A DNA stretch of 64,000 bases. It comes from Gammaproteobacteria bacterium. GTDB lineage: Bacteria > Pseudomonadota > Gammaproteobacteria > Eutrophobiales > Eutrophobiaceae. The position numbers were made by a program, and so were the translations under genes. The notes beneath the pieces were generated by a model. It was not told the origin of the DNA. It ran no database searches and worked only from the letters and a program-made list of their open reading frames with translations. Where the stretch lies: contig JBBDSH010000073.1 of assembly GCA_040905045.1 (NCBI GenBank), positions 2,535 through 66,534 of the forward strand, given 5' to 3'. Below are positions 1-9,520 of the stretch, in pieces. Position 1 is the first letter of the stretch, and the number at the start of each line of letters is the position of its first letter.

Positions 1-2
1 AC

Positions 3-701
3 ATCGGTAACGAGAAAGTGTTCTTGAAAAACGACCGTTCCAAAAGCCTGACCTACGCCGAGGCGGCGCAGTGGGCGATTGAACTGGGCGGCCGTTACAG
101 CGGCGGCGAGATGCCGGATAACCTGAACGACATGACCAAGCGGTCGGTGAACGCCCTGGCGGGCAGCGGGCTTATCGGTGTGGCCAAGGACACGCTGGAG
201 AGCGAGGGCACGCCGCCGGCCTTCGCCGTGGGCTTCATCCAGATCGAACTGGACCTGGAGACCGGCGTCTATGACATCGTAGATTACGTCAGTATCGCCG
301 ACTGCGGGCGGGTGTTGCATCCGCAGAGCCTGGCAACGCAGATCAAGGGCGGGGCGGTGATGGGCTTCGGCATGGCCGCCTACGAGCGCCATGTTTACGA
401 TCCGCAGAACGGTCTGCCGGCCAACGTCGGCCTGTATACCTGCAAGCCGCCGACGTATCTGGATGTGCCCTCGGTGACGCGCTGGGGGGCGGTGGATCAG
501 CCGGATCCCTACAACCCGGTTGGGTCGCGGGGGATCGGCGAGCCGCCCATGGGCGCGGCCTCGGCGGCCTTGTTGTGTGCCATTTCCGACGCCCTGGGCG
601 GGCATCTCTTCAACCGCATACCGGTGACGCCGGACATGATCGTCAACGCCGCCGCCGGCCGGCCCCAGTCCCATAAACCGCTGCAAGTGAATACGTATTA
701 G
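3..701 (+). CDS. Xanthine dehydrogenase family molybdopterin-binding subunit, C-terminal part (5' truncated by window edge)
   Basis: Motifs DCGRVLHP..QIKGGAVMGFG, YTCKPPT and GSRGIGEPP typical of the Moco-binding C-terminus; frame is open to the window start; followed by the FAD subunit. Confidence 0.92.
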   Translation: MGNEKVFLKNDRSKSLTYAEAAQWAIELGGRYSGGEMPDNLNDMTKRSVNALAGSGLIGVAKDTLESEGTPPAFAVGFIQIELDLETGVYDIVDYVSIADCGRVLHPQSLATQIKGGAVMGFGMAAYERHVYDPQNGLPANVGLYTCKPPTYLDVPSVTRWGAVDQPDPYNPVGSRGIGEPPMGAASAALLCAISDALGGHLFNRIPVTPDMIVNAAAGRPQSHKPLQVNTY

Positions 702-713
702 GGAGCGTCTGCG

Positions 714-1706
714 ATGATGAAAGACATGATGCGGTCCTTCGAGCTGTACCAGCCGGCGGACCTGGCTAACGCCCTGGAACTGGCAAAGCGGTTCGGAGAC
801 GACGGCTGGCTCATGGCCGGCGGTAACGACAGCCTGGACTGGTTCAAGGACCGGGTGAAAAATCCGAAAGCGGTGATTGATCTGGGCGGTGTGAAGGAGC
901 TGCAGGGCGTCACCGAAACGACCGACGGCATCGAGATCGGCGCCCTGACCACGCTGACGGAAGTCAGCGGGAACACAATCATCCGGGACAAGTTCTCGTT
1001 GCTGGCCGAGGCGGCGTCCCGGGTCGCCAGTCCGCAGATCCGCCACTCCGGCACCATTGGCGGGAATCTCTGCCAGGACACGCGCTGCTGGTATTACCGC
1101 TCGGGGCTGGACTGTTACCGTGCCGGCGGCAACACCTGCTACGCCGACACGCCGGAGGGCATGAACCGGGAGCACTGCCTGTTCGATGCGGATCGCTGTG
1201 TCGCCGTGACGCCGTCGGACACGGCGCCGGCGGTGGTGGCCCTGGACGGCGAGATGGTGATCGTGGCGCCGGGCGGCAAGGAACGTGTGGTGAAAGCCGA
1301 AAACTTCTTCATCGGCCCGAAGGTGGACATCACCCGCATGACGGTGCTGAAACCGGGCGAGATCCTGAAAAGCGTCCGCATCCCCGGCACCTTTGCGGGT
1401 GCGCGCTTTTATTTTGAAAAGGTCGCCGACCGCAAGGCCTGGGATTTTGCCCTGGTCAACATCGCCTCGGCCATGATCGAGGAGGGCGGCAAAATCAAAG
1501 ACGTGCGCGTGGTCTGCGGCGGCGTGGCCTGCGTGCCCCGGCGATTGAAGGTGGTCGAGGACGTGGTCAAGGGCGGGGCCCCGGACGAGGAGGCCGCCAC
1601 CCTGGCCGGGCAGGGGGCCATCCGCGGTGCCTCTCCCCTTAATTACAATCACTTCAAGATCCCGCTCATGGAAAACCTGGTCAAGCGGGCCATCCGCAGC
1701 GTTTAA
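714..1706 (+). CDS. Xanthine dehydrogenase family FAD-binding subunit (PaoB/YagS type, with 4Fe-4S insert)
   Basis: MAGGNDSL, IGALTTL, ASPQIRHSGTIGGNLCQDTRCWYYR plus further Cys (DCY, TCY, RCVA), as in PaoB/HcrB-type subunits. Confidence 0.92.
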   Translation: MMKDMMRSFELYQPADLANALELAKRFGDDGWLMAGGNDSLDWFKDRVKNPKAVIDLGGVKELQGVTETTDGIEIGALTTLTEVSGNTIIRDKFSLLAEAASRVASPQIRHSGTIGGNLCQDTRCWYYRSGLDCYRAGGNTCYADTPEGMNREHCLFDADRCVAVTPSDTAPAVVALDGEMVIVAPGGKERVVKAENFFIGPKVDITRMTVLKPGEILKSVRIPGTFAGARFYFEKVADRKAWDFALVNIASAMIEEGGKIKDVRVVCGGVACVPRRLKVVEDVVKGGAPDEEAATLAGQGAIRGASPLNYNHFKIPLMENLVKRAIRSV

Positions 1707-1723
1707 TTTTTAGAAGCACCCTA

Positions 1724-1885
1724 ATGTCAGAATTTATAGAACTTCTACGTTACAGCAGCAATGCCTGGGGCCAGCGCACCCTGGAAGGGGTGTCCTGGGA
1801 TCTGCTGCCGGTGTTCGTCGGCCTGGCCGTGGTCTTCATCGTCGGGCACGCGTTGCTGGCACATTTTCTTGGCCGCAAAGATTAG
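1724..1885 (+). CDS. 53-aa single-TM protein, probably the separated N-terminal segment of the downstream cytochrome b
   Basis: Read by hand (below the ORF track cutoff): MSEFIELLRYSSNAWGQRTLEGVSWDLLPVFVGLAVVFIVGHALLAHFLGRKD*; starts 17 bp after the FAD subunit stop; one hydrophobic helix. Confidence 0.7.
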   Translation: MSEFIELLRYSSNAWGQRTLEGVSWDLLPVFVGLAVVFIVGHALLAHFLGRKD

Positions 1886-2004
1886 AATCCGTGTGCAATC
1901 CGGAAGCCTGACGCAGACACGCGGTGAATACATCCATGTAGCTCGAATGCGGCATCCCTGCCGCATACGGTCTGCTTACAGGTTTCCGGATTGCACACGG
2001 ATTC
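1885..2004. repeat. Palindromic element, family A, copy 1 (uninterrupted core)
   Basis: Arms gaatccgtgtgcaatccggaa (1885-1905) and ttccggattgcacacggattc (1984-2004) enclose the core acgcggtgaatacatccatgtagctcgaatgcggcatccctgccgcatacgg, which is shared with the 22.9 kb and 55.2 kb copies. Confidence 0.9.
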
Positions 2005-2027
2005 GGAACCGATAATATAGTCGTCTA

Positions 2028-2654
2028 ATGTCCGAAAATATTCTTCGACACGCTCTGAGCGATCGCGTTTTTCACTGGGTCACGGCGGTGGCCGTGCTGG
2101 TGCTGCTGGGCACGGCGTTCCTGCCCATTATCGGCCTCAAGTTTCCCTGGGTGACCGCGCACTGGGTCGCCGGTGTGGTGCTGACCCTGGCGGTGGTTTT
2201 TCACATACTGCGTTCCCTGTCCCTGCGGCGCCTGCGTCACATGGGGATCGGCCCGCGCGATATGCGCGAAGGCCTTGCCGCCGTGGCCGGTCTGTTCGGC
2301 CGTCGAGGCGGAGCGCCCCAGGCAGGCAAATACTCCGCAGCACAGAAACTCATGCATCATGTGGTTGCGGTGCTGGTCCTTGTCACCGTGGCGACGGGGT
2401 TGCCCATGATGGTCAAGGTGGACACGCCGTTCTGGGAACGGGATCCCTACTGGCTGGAAACCGGTACCTGGGGCATGATTTATGTTTTGCACGGCCTGGC
2501 GGCGCTGTGCCTGCTGAGTGTGGTGATGGTGCATATATACTTTGTCCTGCGGCCGGAAAAGCGGCCATACCTGCGCGCCATGATCCGCGGCTGGATGCGT
2601 CGTGAGGAAGCCCTGGCGGATCATGATCCGCAACGCTGGCCGGGGGACGCCTGA
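2028..2654 (+). CDS. Cytochrome b/b6 domain membrane protein (FdnI/Ni-hydrogenase cyt b-like)
   Basis: RHALSDRVFHW, TAHW, GKYSAAQKLMH, LHGL...VHIY: four TM helices with heme His residues. Confidence 0.88.
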   Translation: MSENILRHALSDRVFHWVTAVAVLVLLGTAFLPIIGLKFPWVTAHWVAGVVLTLAVVFHILRSLSLRRLRHMGIGPRDMREGLAAVAGLFGRRGGAPQAGKYSAAQKLMHHVVAVLVLVTVATGLPMMVKVDTPFWERDPYWLETGTWGMIYVLHGLAALCLLSVVMVHIYFVLRPEKRPYLRAMIRGWMRREEALADHDPQRWPGDA

Positions 2655-3064
2655 TGCCGGACGCTTCCCGCCGGGATCTGGATCGCTGCATTGAGGCTGT
2701 CGAGGCCGGTTATGAATTCCTGCTGGCTTACGCGGCCCAGGGACATGAGAGTGATCGTCATGCCGGTGCCGGCGGTGAAGTCCGCCGCTATCTCGCTGAT
2801 ATGGATGAAGCCCTGAACGGACTGGGTGAACTGGCCCTGGCCTGTGCCGAACAGGTGGACGGCGAGAGCGTGACAGAGTATCGCGGGTTTCTCGACGCCC
2901 TGGATGCGGACGCCCGCAAGGCCCGGGCGGCCGTTCGCCTGGTCCTGAGCCGGGACGATATCAGCTCACAGTTGGTCGACAACCTTAACGCCTCCAGCCA
3001 TCTGCGCGCCCTGTTGACCGACTTGTTCCTGATTGATGAAGCACTGAAAGCGAGTGAGGAGTGA
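2654..3064 (+). CDS. Conserved helical hypothetical protein at the end of the molybdoenzyme operon
   Basis: Start overlaps the cyt b stop (TGATG); all-helical sequence with EAGYEFLLAYAAQG and SSQLVDNLNASSHLRALLTDLFL blocks. Confidence 0.75.
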   Translation: MPDASRRDLDRCIEAVEAGYEFLLAYAAQGHESDRHAGAGGEVRRYLADMDEALNGLGELALACAEQVDGESVTEYRGFLDALDADARKARAAVRLVLSRDDISSQLVDNLNASSHLRALLTDLFLIDEALKASEE

Positions 3065-3126
3065 GGCGTGAGGAGTGAGGCGTCGAGTTCATTTATACTC
3101 CTCACCCCTTACTCCTTACTCCTCAC
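3052..3126. repeat. Paired inverted heptamer arrays (GAGGAGT-type / ACTCCTC-type)
   Basis: gtgagga/gtgaggc units followed by tactcct/cacccct units; the two arrays can fold back on each other. Confidence 0.85.
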
Positions 3127-3181
3127 CGGTTGCACCTGAACGTCATAACGAACCAACTTGAAATACTGAACGAGTCCATTC

Positions 3182-4489
3182 ATGTCTAAAGAAACCTTCA
3201 ACAAGGGGTTACTGGATTTTATCAATGCCTCGCCGACGCCGTTTCACGCGGTGGACAATATGTGTGCTCAATTGCTGGAGGCGGGATTTCAGAAACTGCA
3301 GGAAGGCGATGTCTGGAATTTACAAACGAACGGCCGTTATTTCGTTACCCGCAACGACTCGTCCATTATTGCGTTTCGCATGGGCGACTCGCCGCCGGAG
3401 GAGAGTGGATTCCGCCTGGTCGGCGCGCACACGGACAGCCCCTGCCTGAAACTCAAGCCCAATCCGGTAGTGGAGGCGAACGGTTACGTCAAACTGGGCG
3501 TCGAGGTCTACGGCGGTGTGTTGCTGAATCCATGGTTTGATCGGGATCTGTCGTTGGCGGGCCGGTTAACCTTGCGTGACGGCGATGGCAAGTTGATCAA
3601 TCGTCTTGTTGATTTCAGGGAACCCGTCGCGATCATTCCCAGCCTGGCCATTCATCTTGATCGCGAGGTGAACGAGAACCGCAGCATCAATAAACAAACC
3701 ATGCTGCCGCCGGTACTGGCACTGAGCGGCGATCAGCCCCTTGATCTGAAAGCGGTTCTGAAAGAACGCCTGGGGCAATCCGAACCCGAACTGGACAAGG
3801 CCGAACTGCTGGATTTTGAACTGTCGCTGTATGACATCCAACCGGCCGGCTACACAGGTCTGAAACGGGAATTCATCGCCGGGGCGCGACTGGATAATCT
3901 GCTCAGCTGTTACGCCGGACTGCGGTCGTTACTGGACAATGAGGCCGGGACCGGGCAATTGCTCGTTTGCAACGATCACGAGGAAGTGGGCAGCGGTTCC
4001 GCCGCCGGCGCGCGCGGGAATTTTCTGCGCAGCGTGTTGGAACGCATCAGCGGCGGCGATGAAAACTATGCCCGCATGACGGCCCGCTCCATGCTGGTTT
4101 CCACCGATAACGCCCATGGCCTGCATCCCAATTTCACCGACAAGCATGACGAGAAACACGGCCCGCTGCTCAATGCCGGTCCGGCGGTCAAGGTCAACAG
4201 CAATCAGGCCTACGCCTCCAACAGTGAGACCGCGGGTCTTCTGCGGCATGTAGCGGATCGTGCCGAAGTGAGCCTGCAGGCGTTTGTCTCCCGCGCCGAC
4301 ATGGCCTGCGGCAGTACCATCGGTCCACTGACGGCGACGGAACTGGGCGTGCGCACGGTTGACGTGGGCGTACCCACCTTTGCCATGCATTCCATCAGGG
4401 AACTGGCCGGCAGCGACGACGCCCATAATCTGTACAAGTTGTTGCTGGAGTTCAATGCAACGAAGAATGTAAGTGCAGTTTCAATGTAA
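3182..4489 (+). CDS. M18 family aspartyl aminopeptidase
   Basis: SPTPFH, GAHTDSP, RLDNL, DHEEVGS, DNAHGLHPN, CGSTIGP and AMHSIRE motifs. Confidence 0.95.
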   Translation: MSKETFNKGLLDFINASPTPFHAVDNMCAQLLEAGFQKLQEGDVWNLQTNGRYFVTRNDSSIIAFRMGDSPPEESGFRLVGAHTDSPCLKLKPNPVVEANGYVKLGVEVYGGVLLNPWFDRDLSLAGRLTLRDGDGKLINRLVDFREPVAIIPSLAIHLDREVNENRSINKQTMLPPVLALSGDQPLDLKAVLKERLGQSEPELDKAELLDFELSLYDIQPAGYTGLKREFIAGARLDNLLSCYAGLRSLLDNEAGTGQLLVCNDHEEVGSGSAAGARGNFLRSVLERISGGDENYARMTARSMLVSTDNAHGLHPNFTDKHDEKHGPLLNAGPAVKVNSNQAYASNSETAGLLRHVADRAEVSLQAFVSRADMACGSTIGPLTATELGVRTVDVGVPTFAMHSIRELAGSDDAHNLYKLLLEFNATKNVSAVSM

Positions 4490-4546
4490 TCGTCTCGCCG
4501 GATGCGGCTGCAGTGCATTTCCGGAGTATTGATGTCGTCTCCATGA

Positions 4547-5056
4547 TTACCGGCCTTTATGGATATGCCGGAGTATACGTTCGCAATTTTCGGCCGCGGT
4601 AATCAGCCATAGATGTTCGGTATATTGCAGCGGTTCGTTCAGCATGGCGTTGTAGAGTAATGTCATGAATATTTCATCGTCGAAACGGCCGTGGACCGTG
4701 CCAAGTAACGGCATGGCGACGGAATGTACCCTGTATTCAGTGAGTTTCCTCAGCAGGTTTTCAAGGGCAACGGCAATGGAGCCGGCATTGCAACTCGGAT
4801 CCTGGTCCAGGTCATGGATCACAGCCAGAAAGCGCAGGGGTCTGCCTGTTCGAACGATAACATCGCCGGGTATAAGCGGTTGCTGCTCAATCATCTCATC
4901 GACCAGGGCTGAATAATTCTCCTCCGGTTGTCGAATGACCGGCTCGATATCCAGCACCAGCGCGGTGTCCTGTTCCTCCACAATCGCATCAAACGACCGA
5001 GATATCGAATCAGGCGGGGAAACAGTAATACTGACTCCCTGTAAGTGTGTTTCCAT
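4547..5056 (-). CDS. Hypothetical protein with macro-domain-like features
   Basis: DAIVEE, AVIHDLD and SVAMPLLGTVHG resemble macro-domain elements (sIAfP.lGtG); start taken at METHL. Confidence 0.55.
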   Translation of the reverse strand: METHLQGVSITVSPPDSISRSFDAIVEEQDTALVLDIEPVIRQPEENYSALVDEMIEQQPLIPGDVIVRTGRPLRFLAVIHDLDQDPSCNAGSIAVALENLLRKLTEYRVHSVAMPLLGTVHGRFDDEIFMTLLYNAMLNEPLQYTEHLWLITAAENCERILRHIHKGR

Positions 5057-5117
5057 AACAGTCCCCGGACAATTGAAACCTGTGAAACCTGTCTCAGCGC
5101 AATTATTCAATGACGGG

Positions 5118-5588
5118 TCAGTCCCCCCGGAACATCTCATGGCAGGCCTGGCAGGTCCTGTCCAGTTGCCGGTAGGCCTCATCCAGTTGCCGGACTTGTT
5201 GGTTGTTTACCAGTTGCTGCAGATGCAGGGCCCCTGTGTACAACTCACTCCCCAGCGCCTTGAAGACAACCATTTCCGTCCTGGTCAGATTGGTGACCGG
5301 CATGCCTATGGACATGAGCTCGGCGTGGTAAAGGAGTTCTTCCACCTGCTCCACCAGATCGTCGAGCAATTCCTGGTCCATGCCCGGCTGCTTCAGTTCG
5401 TCGGCGGGATTTTCTTCGCGCCATTCCCGGATATTACCCATAATCTCGCGCAGTTTGGCGCTGTTAACCGAATGCATGCGTATGATTTCGGCGGGATCGG
5501 CGTCATTATCAGGTTGTCGTGCGTTACCGGGAGCACCGATGAGCAACAGAAGAGGCAACAGAACAACCAACAATAGTCTTTTATACAT
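5118..5588 (-). CDS. Exported monoheme four-helix cytochrome c (class II-like), paralog 1
   Basis: Signal peptide; C-terminal CQACH; similar to 15890-16366 and 17891-18346. Confidence 0.85.
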   Translation of the reverse strand: MYKRLLLVVLLPLLLLIGAPGNARQPDNDADPAEIIRMHSVNSAKLREIMGNIREWREENPADELKQPGMDQELLDDLVEQVEELLYHAELMSIGMPVTNLTRTEMVVFKALGSELYTGALHLQQLVNNQQVRQLDEAYRQLDRTCQACHEMFRGD

Positions 5589-5842
5589 TGGCAAGCTCCC
5601 GCATTTGTCAGGTTAATCGAAGTGTAATCGAATAAATTGGCAATGTTTTGATCGCCGTCAACCGGTCCCGGTATTATCTGGCACGGGTGGTACGGAATTG
5701 TTGAGCAACGTACCGGTATTGGGTCATAGTATGACATCTGGCCCTGCCCCGTTGGCAGATTCCCAGGTTGTATGGCGAGTTAATAATGAATTTCAAATAG
5801 TTATAAAGTATTCCTCGTATACGAGGTAAGGACGGAAACCGT

Positions 5843-6697
5843 ATGAGCCAGCCCCGGATCGCCACCCGGCAAGCAGCCCCGGGCATTGGTCAGGCCGTTG
5901 TCGCCGTGATCGATGATCTGATGCGGCAACTGCAGGATCCCGAGGAAAAGAAAGCCGTCCATCGCATCCGCGTCGACATCAAGCGCCTGCGCGCCTGGCT
6001 GCGTCTTGCCCGCTGCAGCGGTGAAGACTTTGACTGGCGCGGCCGGGATAGGCGCCTGCGCGACCTGGCCCGGAGCTTGTCCCGCAGGCGCGACGTCCAG
6101 GTGACCCTGGACACCCTGACCTGGCTGGAAAAGAAGGCGTGTGATGATACGCAAAGGCAGGCCATCGATAAGATCCGTTCCCATATCCGTTTTGAACCGG
6201 GACGCTACGACATCGACTGGCCCGCTATGAAGCAGGCCCTGTCGCTGGAAATGGACGACCTGCGTGAACAGGTCGGCAGACTGGATAATCCGGGAATGAT
6301 AAAGGAAGGATTGAAACGCACTTACAGGCGAGCCGACAAGCGCGGCGGCCGGGCATTTTCGCGTGAAGGCACTGTCGATGATCTGCATCAATTGCGTAAA
6401 TGGGTGAAGTATCTTTACTACCAGGTCCGGTTTATCAGGGACATCGACACGGAGAAATTCCGCAAGTCGAGCAGGCGGCTCGATGAACTGGGCGACAAGC
6501 TGGGACGTATCCACGATCTCGACATACTACGGCACAGGCTGGCGAAGCTTGCAGACACGGAGGCATGCGTCGGAGCCGCGCCCGTTTTGGGCAAGCTCAT
6601 CGAACAACGTATGAAGCGGCTGAACAGGCGCTGCGACGGTTTTTATCGAAAGGTATTCAACAAGTCACCGGTCCGCTTTGTCCGTTGCCTCGACTAG
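5843..6697 (+). CDS. Stand-alone CHAD domain protein (polyphosphate-binding family)
   Basis: VHRIRVDIKRLRA, RRDVQV, LHQLRKWVKYLYY and LGRIHDLDIL; very basic. Confidence 0.9.
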   Translation: MSQPRIATRQAAPGIGQAVVAVIDDLMRQLQDPEEKKAVHRIRVDIKRLRAWLRLARCSGEDFDWRGRDRRLRDLARSLSRRRDVQVTLDTLTWLEKKACDDTQRQAIDKIRSHIRFEPGRYDIDWPAMKQALSLEMDDLREQVGRLDNPGMIKEGLKRTYRRADKRGGRAFSREGTVDDLHQLRKWVKYLYYQVRFIRDIDTEKFRKSSRRLDELGDKLGRIHDLDILRHRLAKLADTEACVGAAPVLGKLIEQRMKRLNRRCDGFYRKVFNKSPVRFVRCLD

Positions 6698-6956
6698 TCA
6701 ATCCCGAACATTTACTTTGCCACCCAAACAGTGAAACATTTATCAGCAGTACAACAATACCCAGCGATGCCGGATCCATACGCCATATGTATTATCATGC
6801 TCCGGCACAGGTGAATTTGTTCGGGACCGATACCAGTACGATCGGAAAGGCAATAATCAGAAGTAAAAAGTGAAAAATTAAAAGAAGGGGATGAGAGCCA
6901 GAGATACGTTGATGCTCGCTTCCTTCAGGCCGGCAAATAAACGACGGAGAAACAGC

Positions 6957-7367
6957 ATGTCCGAGAAAACACGCGCCCGCTGGTATACTTTCCTGGTTTT
7001 CGCCCTGTTCTGTGTGCTCAGCCTGATCGCGGGCGGTTATATCGGCGCGCATCTCGCGTCCAGCGCGATTGTCAATAACTGGGTCAATAGTCAGACCCAC
7101 TACGCCCAGTCCCACGTGCTGATCCTTGGACAGCTGAGAAACAGCGAAACCGCCGCGGCGATTGAACAACTGGAAGCACAGCTGGACAGGGATATTGTGT
7201 CCCTGTCGCCGGATTACTATGAGGAATTCAGAGTTTCCGATAACACCAGGGCCAGGATTGAGGCGGTTCTGGACCAGGTTCGGCAATATCGGCGAAGTTA
7301 TCCGCGAGAGAAAAGGGGTACCGCCATTGAACAGGATGTGGAAAGAACACTGGAGACCAGCGATTAA
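6957..7367 (+). CDS. Hypothetical membrane-anchored protein
   Basis: GGAG RBS before MSEK; N-terminal TM helix then a helical soluble region. Confidence 0.65.
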   Translation: MSEKTRARWYTFLVFALFCVLSLIAGGYIGAHLASSAIVNNWVNSQTHYAQSHVLILGQLRNSETAAAIEQLEAQLDRDIVSLSPDYYEEFRVSDNTRARIEAVLDQVRQYRRSYPREKRGTAIEQDVERTLETSD

Positions 7368-7397
7368 TTTTGAATATTGATTTTTGAGGAGAAGCAG

Positions 7398-7814
7398 ATG
7401 AATGCCTTGATCGTTGTTGCCGACGCCGTGCATGCGCGTATATTCAGAACCAGAAAGGGCCTGAAAAACCTGGAGGAGCAAGAGGATTTCATTCATATGG
7501 AATCACGCCGTCGTAATCGTGAACTGGATTCGGATTCCGCCGGACGGACGGGCGACCAGCAATCCACCATGTCACGGTCATCCACCAGGGATAACGAAGA
7601 ACATGCCTTTGCGCGGCAACTGGGGAAACATGTCAAGGAATTGTACAATCATGACAAGTTTGACGAACTGATTTTGATTGCCGCGCCCCGTTTCCTTGGT
7701 CTATTGCGTGAGGGACTGCCGTCGCCGCTGGATCGACTCGAAACCCGCTCGTTCAGCAAGGAACTGATCCATTTGAGTGCCGATGAAATCGGACAATATA
7801 TCTGGAACCGATGA
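7398..7814 (+). CDS. Host attachment protein (AtsE / baeRF-like family)
   Basis: LIVVADAVHARIF, FARQL, LILIAAPRFLGLLR and KELIH motifs; GAGGAG RBS. Confidence 0.85.
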   Translation: MNALIVVADAVHARIFRTRKGLKNLEEQEDFIHMESRRRNRELDSDSAGRTGDQQSTMSRSSTRDNEEHAFARQLGKHVKELYNHDKFDELILIAAPRFLGLLREGLPSPLDRLETRSFSKELIHLSADEIGQYIWNR

Positions 7815-7823
7815 CGATCTATG

Positions 7824-7965
7824 AGGAGTAAGGGGTAAGGAGTGAAAGCGATTGCCGGTTATTCGTTACTCGTGACTGGTTGGGAATATATGCATTTTCT
7901 ATGCTTTTCCATCCGAGAACCACGAACTACGAGCCACGAGCCACGAGCCACGAACCACGAACCAG
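7824..7965. repeat. Heptamer tandem arrays (AAGGAGT-type and GAGCCAC-type)
   Basis: gaggagtaaggggtaaggagt near 7824; gaaccac/gagccac about 6 times at 7917-7965. Confidence 0.85.
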
Positions 7966-7977
7966 AGTCTTTAACCG

Positions 7978-8487
7978 ATGAACGAATCAATACAGCCAAT
8001 CCGGGTCCTGTTCGTCTGCATGGGAAATATATGCCGTTCGCCGACCGGGGAAGGCGTCTTTCGTCATTATGTCATGCAGGCCGGGCACGAACCGCTCATT
8101 CATATCGATTCGGCCGGCACCATCGGGTTTCACGCCGGTAATCCGCCGGATATCCGCATGAGCGAGGCGGCATCGCGGCGCGGCTATATGCTCGACTCCC
8201 GAGCGCGACAGGTGCGAGCGGAGGATATCGAAGGGTTCGATCTCATTATCAGCATGGATCATGACAATCTTATGGATCTGCATAATCTTGCCGGTGGTTC
8301 GCGGCCGCACATCCGCATGCTGGGGTCGTATCTGGACGGCCAGGACAGCAACGAGACCGCGCCGCCGGTGCCGGATCCCTATTACGGCGGGCCGTCCGGT
8401 TTCGACGAGGTTCTGGATATGATCGAATCGGCCTGTCCGGCGATACTGGAGCACTGCCTGGAATTGATGCGCGAAAAGCAGCGATGA
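7978..8487 (+). CDS. Low-molecular-weight protein-tyrosine phosphatase
   Basis: VCMGNICRSP P-loop, DSAGT and DPYY. Confidence 0.95.
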   Translation: MNESIQPIRVLFVCMGNICRSPTGEGVFRHYVMQAGHEPLIHIDSAGTIGFHAGNPPDIRMSEAASRRGYMLDSRARQVRAEDIEGFDLIISMDHDNLMDLHNLAGGSRPHIRMLGSYLDGQDSNETAPPVPDPYYGGPSGFDEVLDMIESACPAILEHCLELMREKQR

Positions 8488-9359
8488 AGTTGCAGAAGCG
8501 CATCGAAGACGCCATAACCGCGGCTACATGCGAGAAGGCGGAATTCGATCAGGCGCGCATCGCGGCCGGCGGCTGCATCAATGACAGCCGGATTGTTACC
8601 CTGCGGGACGGGCGTGAATTTTTTATCAAGACCGGTGGCGGCGAGGTGCTTTATCCGGGTTTTTTCGAGGCTGAATTTGTCGCCCTGTCATTGCTGGGTG
8701 AGCCCGGTGTTATCCGTGTGCCCCGTCCTGTTATTTTCGAGGAGGAATTCATTGTTATTGAAGCCTTTCGCGAAGGACGCCCGGCGGATGACTGGCATGA
8801 ACGCATGGGCCGGCAGCTTGCGGAATTGCACTTGGCCACGCAGTCGGATCGTTTTGGATTCGAACGCGACAATTATCTTGGCACCACCCGGCAGCCCAAC
8901 GACTGGTCCGATGACTGGGTGACGTTCTGGCGCGAGCAACGGCTGGGCTGGCAACTGGATCTGTTCGCGCGTCGGACCGACACCGGCGATCCGCTTCTGG
9001 CCATGGGTGATCGCCTGCTTGCGAAACTGGATGAATTCCTCGGTGATGTGGATGAACGCGCGGTACTGCTGCACGGCGATCTCTGGTCCGGCAACGCGAG
9101 CGCGGATGAACGCGGCATACCGATTATTTTTGATCCGGCCAGCTACTTCGGGCACCGGGAAGCGGAAATCGGCATGATGCGTCTGTTCGGGGGCTTTGGT
9201 CCACGCTGTGAGACCGCCTATCAGGAAGTATGGCCGTTGCCGCCCGGCGCCGACGATCGCATCACCCTGTACCGGCTCTATCATGAACTCAATCACCTGA
9301 ATCTGTTCGGGCGAAGTTATTACGAGACCTGCCTTTCAACCATGAAATCGTTGTTGTGA
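8484..9359 (+). CDS. Fructosamine kinase family protein
   Basis: GGCIN, FFIK, FGFERDNYLG, LLHGDLWSGN, FDPASYFGHREAE and LNHLNLFG; ATGA overlap with the LMW-PTP. Confidence 0.93.
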   Translation: MKLQKRIEDAITAATCEKAEFDQARIAAGGCINDSRIVTLRDGREFFIKTGGGEVLYPGFFEAEFVALSLLGEPGVIRVPRPVIFEEEFIVIEAFREGRPADDWHERMGRQLAELHLATQSDRFGFERDNYLGTTRQPNDWSDDWVTFWREQRLGWQLDLFARRTDTGDPLLAMGDRLLAKLDEFLGDVDERAVLLHGDLWSGNASADERGIPIIFDPASYFGHREAEIGMMRLFGGFGPRCETAYQEVWPLPPGADDRITLYRLYHELNHLNLFGRSYYETCLSTMKSLL

Positions 9360-9520
9360 GGGATTATTCCGGTATCCCCCGGCGGAATTTTGCTCGTGCC
9401 GGCTGCGGAAACCCGCGGGTCTCGGGTAATAGGCGGGTATTCATTGATACGGGTCAAATCGAAACCGTGGCTGATAGGGTACATTTCCAAGTATGTAATT
9501 TCAGAACAAGGAGATAAACT

